Positions 61,271 to 64,000 of a stretch of 64,000 bases of DNA are shown here, piece after piece. The notes under the pieces were generated by a model. The model saw only the letters and a list, made by a program, of their open reading frames with translations, searched no databases and had not been told where the DNA came from. Both the position numbers and the translations under genes were made by a program. The DNA lies in assembly GCA_030390025.1 (NCBI GenBank), contig CM059432.1, positions 81,408,001 to 81,472,000 of the forward strand. The letters run 5' to 3'. This DNA comes from Squalus acanthias. Lineage: Eukaryota. Within the stretch, counting starts at the first letter, position 1; each line of letters begins with the position of its first letter.

Positions 61271-62820
61271 TCAGAACTGTGCACCCCGACAACGTCCCGG
61301 GCGTAGTGCTGAGGACTTGTGCTCCAGAACTAGCCGCGGCTCAATCCAAGTTGTTCCAGTACAGCTACAACACTGGCATCTACCCGACAAAGTGGAAAAT
61401 TGCCCAGGTATATCCTGTCCACAAAAATCCAATCCGGCCAATTACCGCCCCATCAGCCTACTCTCTATCATCAGCAAAGTGATGGAAGGTGCCGTCGACA
61501 GTGCTATGAAGCGGCACTTACTCACAAATAACCTGCAAACCAATGCCCAGTTTGGGTTCCGCCAGGATGACTCAGCTCCAAACCTCATTACAGCCTTGGT
61601 CTAAGCATGGATAAAAGAACTGAATTCCTGAGGTGAGGTGAGAGTGACTGCCCTTGACACCAAGGCAGCATTTGACCGAGTGTGACACCAAGGAGCTCTA
61701 ATAAAATTGATGTCAATGGGAATCAGGGGGAAAACTCTCTACTGGCTGGAGTCATACCTAGCATAAAGGAAGATGGTTGTGGTTGTTGGAGGCCAATCAT
61801 CTCAGCCCCAGGATATTGCTGCAGGAGTTCCTCAGGGCAGTGTTCTGGGCCTAACCATCTTCAGCTGCTTCATCAATGACCTTCCCTCCATCATAAGGTC
61901 AGAAGTGGGGATGTTTGCTGATGATTGTACGGTGTTCAGTTCCATTTGCAATTCCTCAGATAATGAAGCAATCTGTACCCACATGCAGCAAGACTTGGAC
62001 AACATCTAGGCTTGGGCTGATAAGTGGCAAGTAACATTCATGCCACACAAGTGCCAGGCAATGACTATCTCCAACAAGAGAGAGTTTAACCACCTCCCCT
62101 TGACATTCAACAGCATTACCATCGTTGAATCCCCCACCATCAACACCCTGGGGGTTACCATTGACCAGAAACTTAACTGGACCAGCCACATAAATACTGT
62201 GACTGCAAGAGCAGGTCAGAGGCTGAGTATTCTGCAGTGACTGACTCACCTCCTGACTCTCCAAAGCCTTTCCACCATCTACAAGGCACAAGTCAGGAGT
62301 GTGATGGAATACTCTCCACTTGCCTGGATAAGTGCAGCTCCAACAACACTCAAGAAACTCGACACCATCCAGGACAAAGCAGCTTGCTTGACCGGCACCG
62401 CATCCACCACCTTAAACACTTACTCCCTCCACCACCAGCGCACCGTGGCTGCAGTGTGCACCATCTACAAGATGCACTGCAGCAACTCACCAAGGCTTCT
62501 TCGACAGCACCTCCCAAACCCGCGACCTCTACCACATAGAAGGACAAGGGCAGCAGGTGCATGGGAACAACACCACCTCCAAGTTCCCCTCCAAGTCACA
62601 CACCATCCTTATTTGGAAGTATACCGCCATTCCTTCATCGTCGCTGGGTCAATATCCTGGCACTCCCTATCTAACAGCACTGTGGGTGTACCTTCACCAC
62701 ATGGACTGCAGCGGTTCAGGAAGGCGGCTCACCACCACCTTCTAAAGGGCAATTAGGGATGGGCAATAAATGCTGGCCTTCCCAGAGACACCCACATCCC
62801 GTGAATGAATCTTTTTTTAA
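61271..62820 (+). mobile_element. Decayed CR1-group LINE distinct from the HER1 type (clade uncertain, Crack/Daphne/L2-like)
   Basis: [39 protein letters not shown] and FADD motifs; its own 3' end near 62810. Confidence 0.85.
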
Positions 62821-63214
62821 ATGCATGCCTTGCCAACACCCACATCTGAGTATTCGTATTTTTAAATTTACTAATTAAACTAAAATCCATGGGAATCCAG
62901 TGTGGAATGTGATACTGACCATTCAAGCTTTCTCTCAAACATTTTAAAGCATAAATCTACAGGTTTCAACAACATTTATTTGGCCAATCTTAGCTCAGTC
63001 CCCACTGGATCCTGCTCAAAGGACCTGGATGCCAGTGTCCACATCACCGGGCATTAGGGAGGCCATGATCAAGGGATCAGAATACCCTCTCTCCATCCCG
63101 CCCCCTCCAACGTCATGGGCCATGTTTGGGATGAACTTCTTCCGTCACTTTACATTGGGAGGAGGCTGGTAGGGTGGTAATTGGCTAGCTTAGATTTATC
63201 CTGTTTTTTGTGGA

Positions 63215-63325
63215 TAGGACATAACTGAGCAATCTTCCACATTGTCGGGTAGATGCCAATGCCATAGTTGCACTGCAAAGCTTGCCTAGGAGGGTGGCCA
63301 GCTCTTGCGCACAGATCTTTAAACT
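63215..63325 (-). mobile_element. Fragment of the same LINE family as 61271-62820
   Basis: TTGTCGGGTAGATGCCA is the reverse complement of ~61373-61390. Confidence 0.6.
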
Positions 63326-63369
63326 ACATATGTCACTGGATAATTACCAAGAGAGAGAATACTAGCTTT

Positions 63370-63542
63370 TTTACTTCTTCTTCCTAGTCCAGGGACACTG
63401 TGCCCAGTTTTAGTGATGCACTGTTACCTTGGCTAAGATCAGCTAAATCAACATAGTCAGGGAAACATATCTGAGATCTTACTTGTTGGTGTGCCTCAGT
63501 ATATCACCATGAAGGGCATTTGCTCAAGGAACCATCAGGGAC
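63370..63542 (-). mobile_element. Old tRNA-derived SINE head (tentative)
   Basis: The minus strand begins CCCTGATGG and contains TTAGCTGATCTTAGCC; heavily decayed. Confidence 0.35.
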
Positions 63543-63792
63543 TCCATTAAAATTATTTTTGAAAGATTACTAAATTTTAACACTGATGGCTCAACCAAGG
63601 TTTAAAGTTTTAGTGATTTAAATTAATACATTTTATCACTTTATTTGATGCTATGGCTGGAAACAGGTTTGTGATACTGTAACTGAGATCTTCATCAAAT
63701 ATACTCGAACATTTCTGGTGTGGTTATTGTCAGTAAAGATAAAAAGTGAAGAGTTCCAACACTCTCTGTGTACATGGTCTGATAAAATAGAA

Positions 63793-63937
63793 ATGAGAAG
63801 TCGCACAACACCAGGTTATAGTCCAACAGATTTATTTAAAATTACAAGCTTTCGGAGCTATCGCCCCTTCTTCAGGTAAAGTTACAATGAGTGAATCTAC
63901 AAAAGTTCACAGAATATAAACACAGATCTCCGCATCA
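63793..63937. mobile_element. Penelope-like terminal-repeat insertion with internal inversion and a 13-bp TSD
   Basis: TGATAAAATAGAA at 63780-63792 and 63938-63950. The - strand segment carries a hammerhead-like core; the + strand ends in ATCTCCGCATCA. Confidence 0.7.
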
Positions 63938-64000
63938 TGATAAAATAGAAGCTGGATTGCATTTCCACATGAATGAAGTAGTCAGGTAAAATAGATTATC

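Noticed and set aside
434..62240. RT ORFs as retron, group II intron or defence RTs
   Set aside because: All have CR1-group motifs, 5' truncation and LINE 3' tails, with an APE endonuclease where long enough.

Overview
Eukaryotic, vertebrate-type DNA that is mostly transposable elements. It is most likely from a cartilaginous fish (shark); this is inferred from HER1/CR1-type LINEs, an HE1-like V-SINE and SacSINE1-like Deu-SINEs. The window appears to be introns of one unidentified + strand host gene. Two exons join in frame (4399-4519, 9847-10328), and there are candidate downstream exons (30-nt 39240-39269, terminal 46502-46584). The introns contain: (i) many CR1 LINEs, one only a single frameshift from an intact ORF2; (ii) L2 and another CR1-group LINE; (iii) several PIF/Harbinger transposons with convergent transposase and three-exon Myb/SANT genes, including derivatives that keep Myb sequence but have lost the transposase core, plus related MITEs with 3-bp TSDs; (iv) a Tc1/mariner (Tigger-like) MITE; (v) a G-rich 24-bp minisatellite; (vi) two tiny Penelope-like insertions with TSDs, one partly inverted and carrying a hammerhead-like core. 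Most ORFs in the six-frame track are TE-derived or antisense artefacts. No rRNA, tRNA gene, CRISPR array or prokaryotic system is supported. Family names come from recognition of motifs, not database searches.
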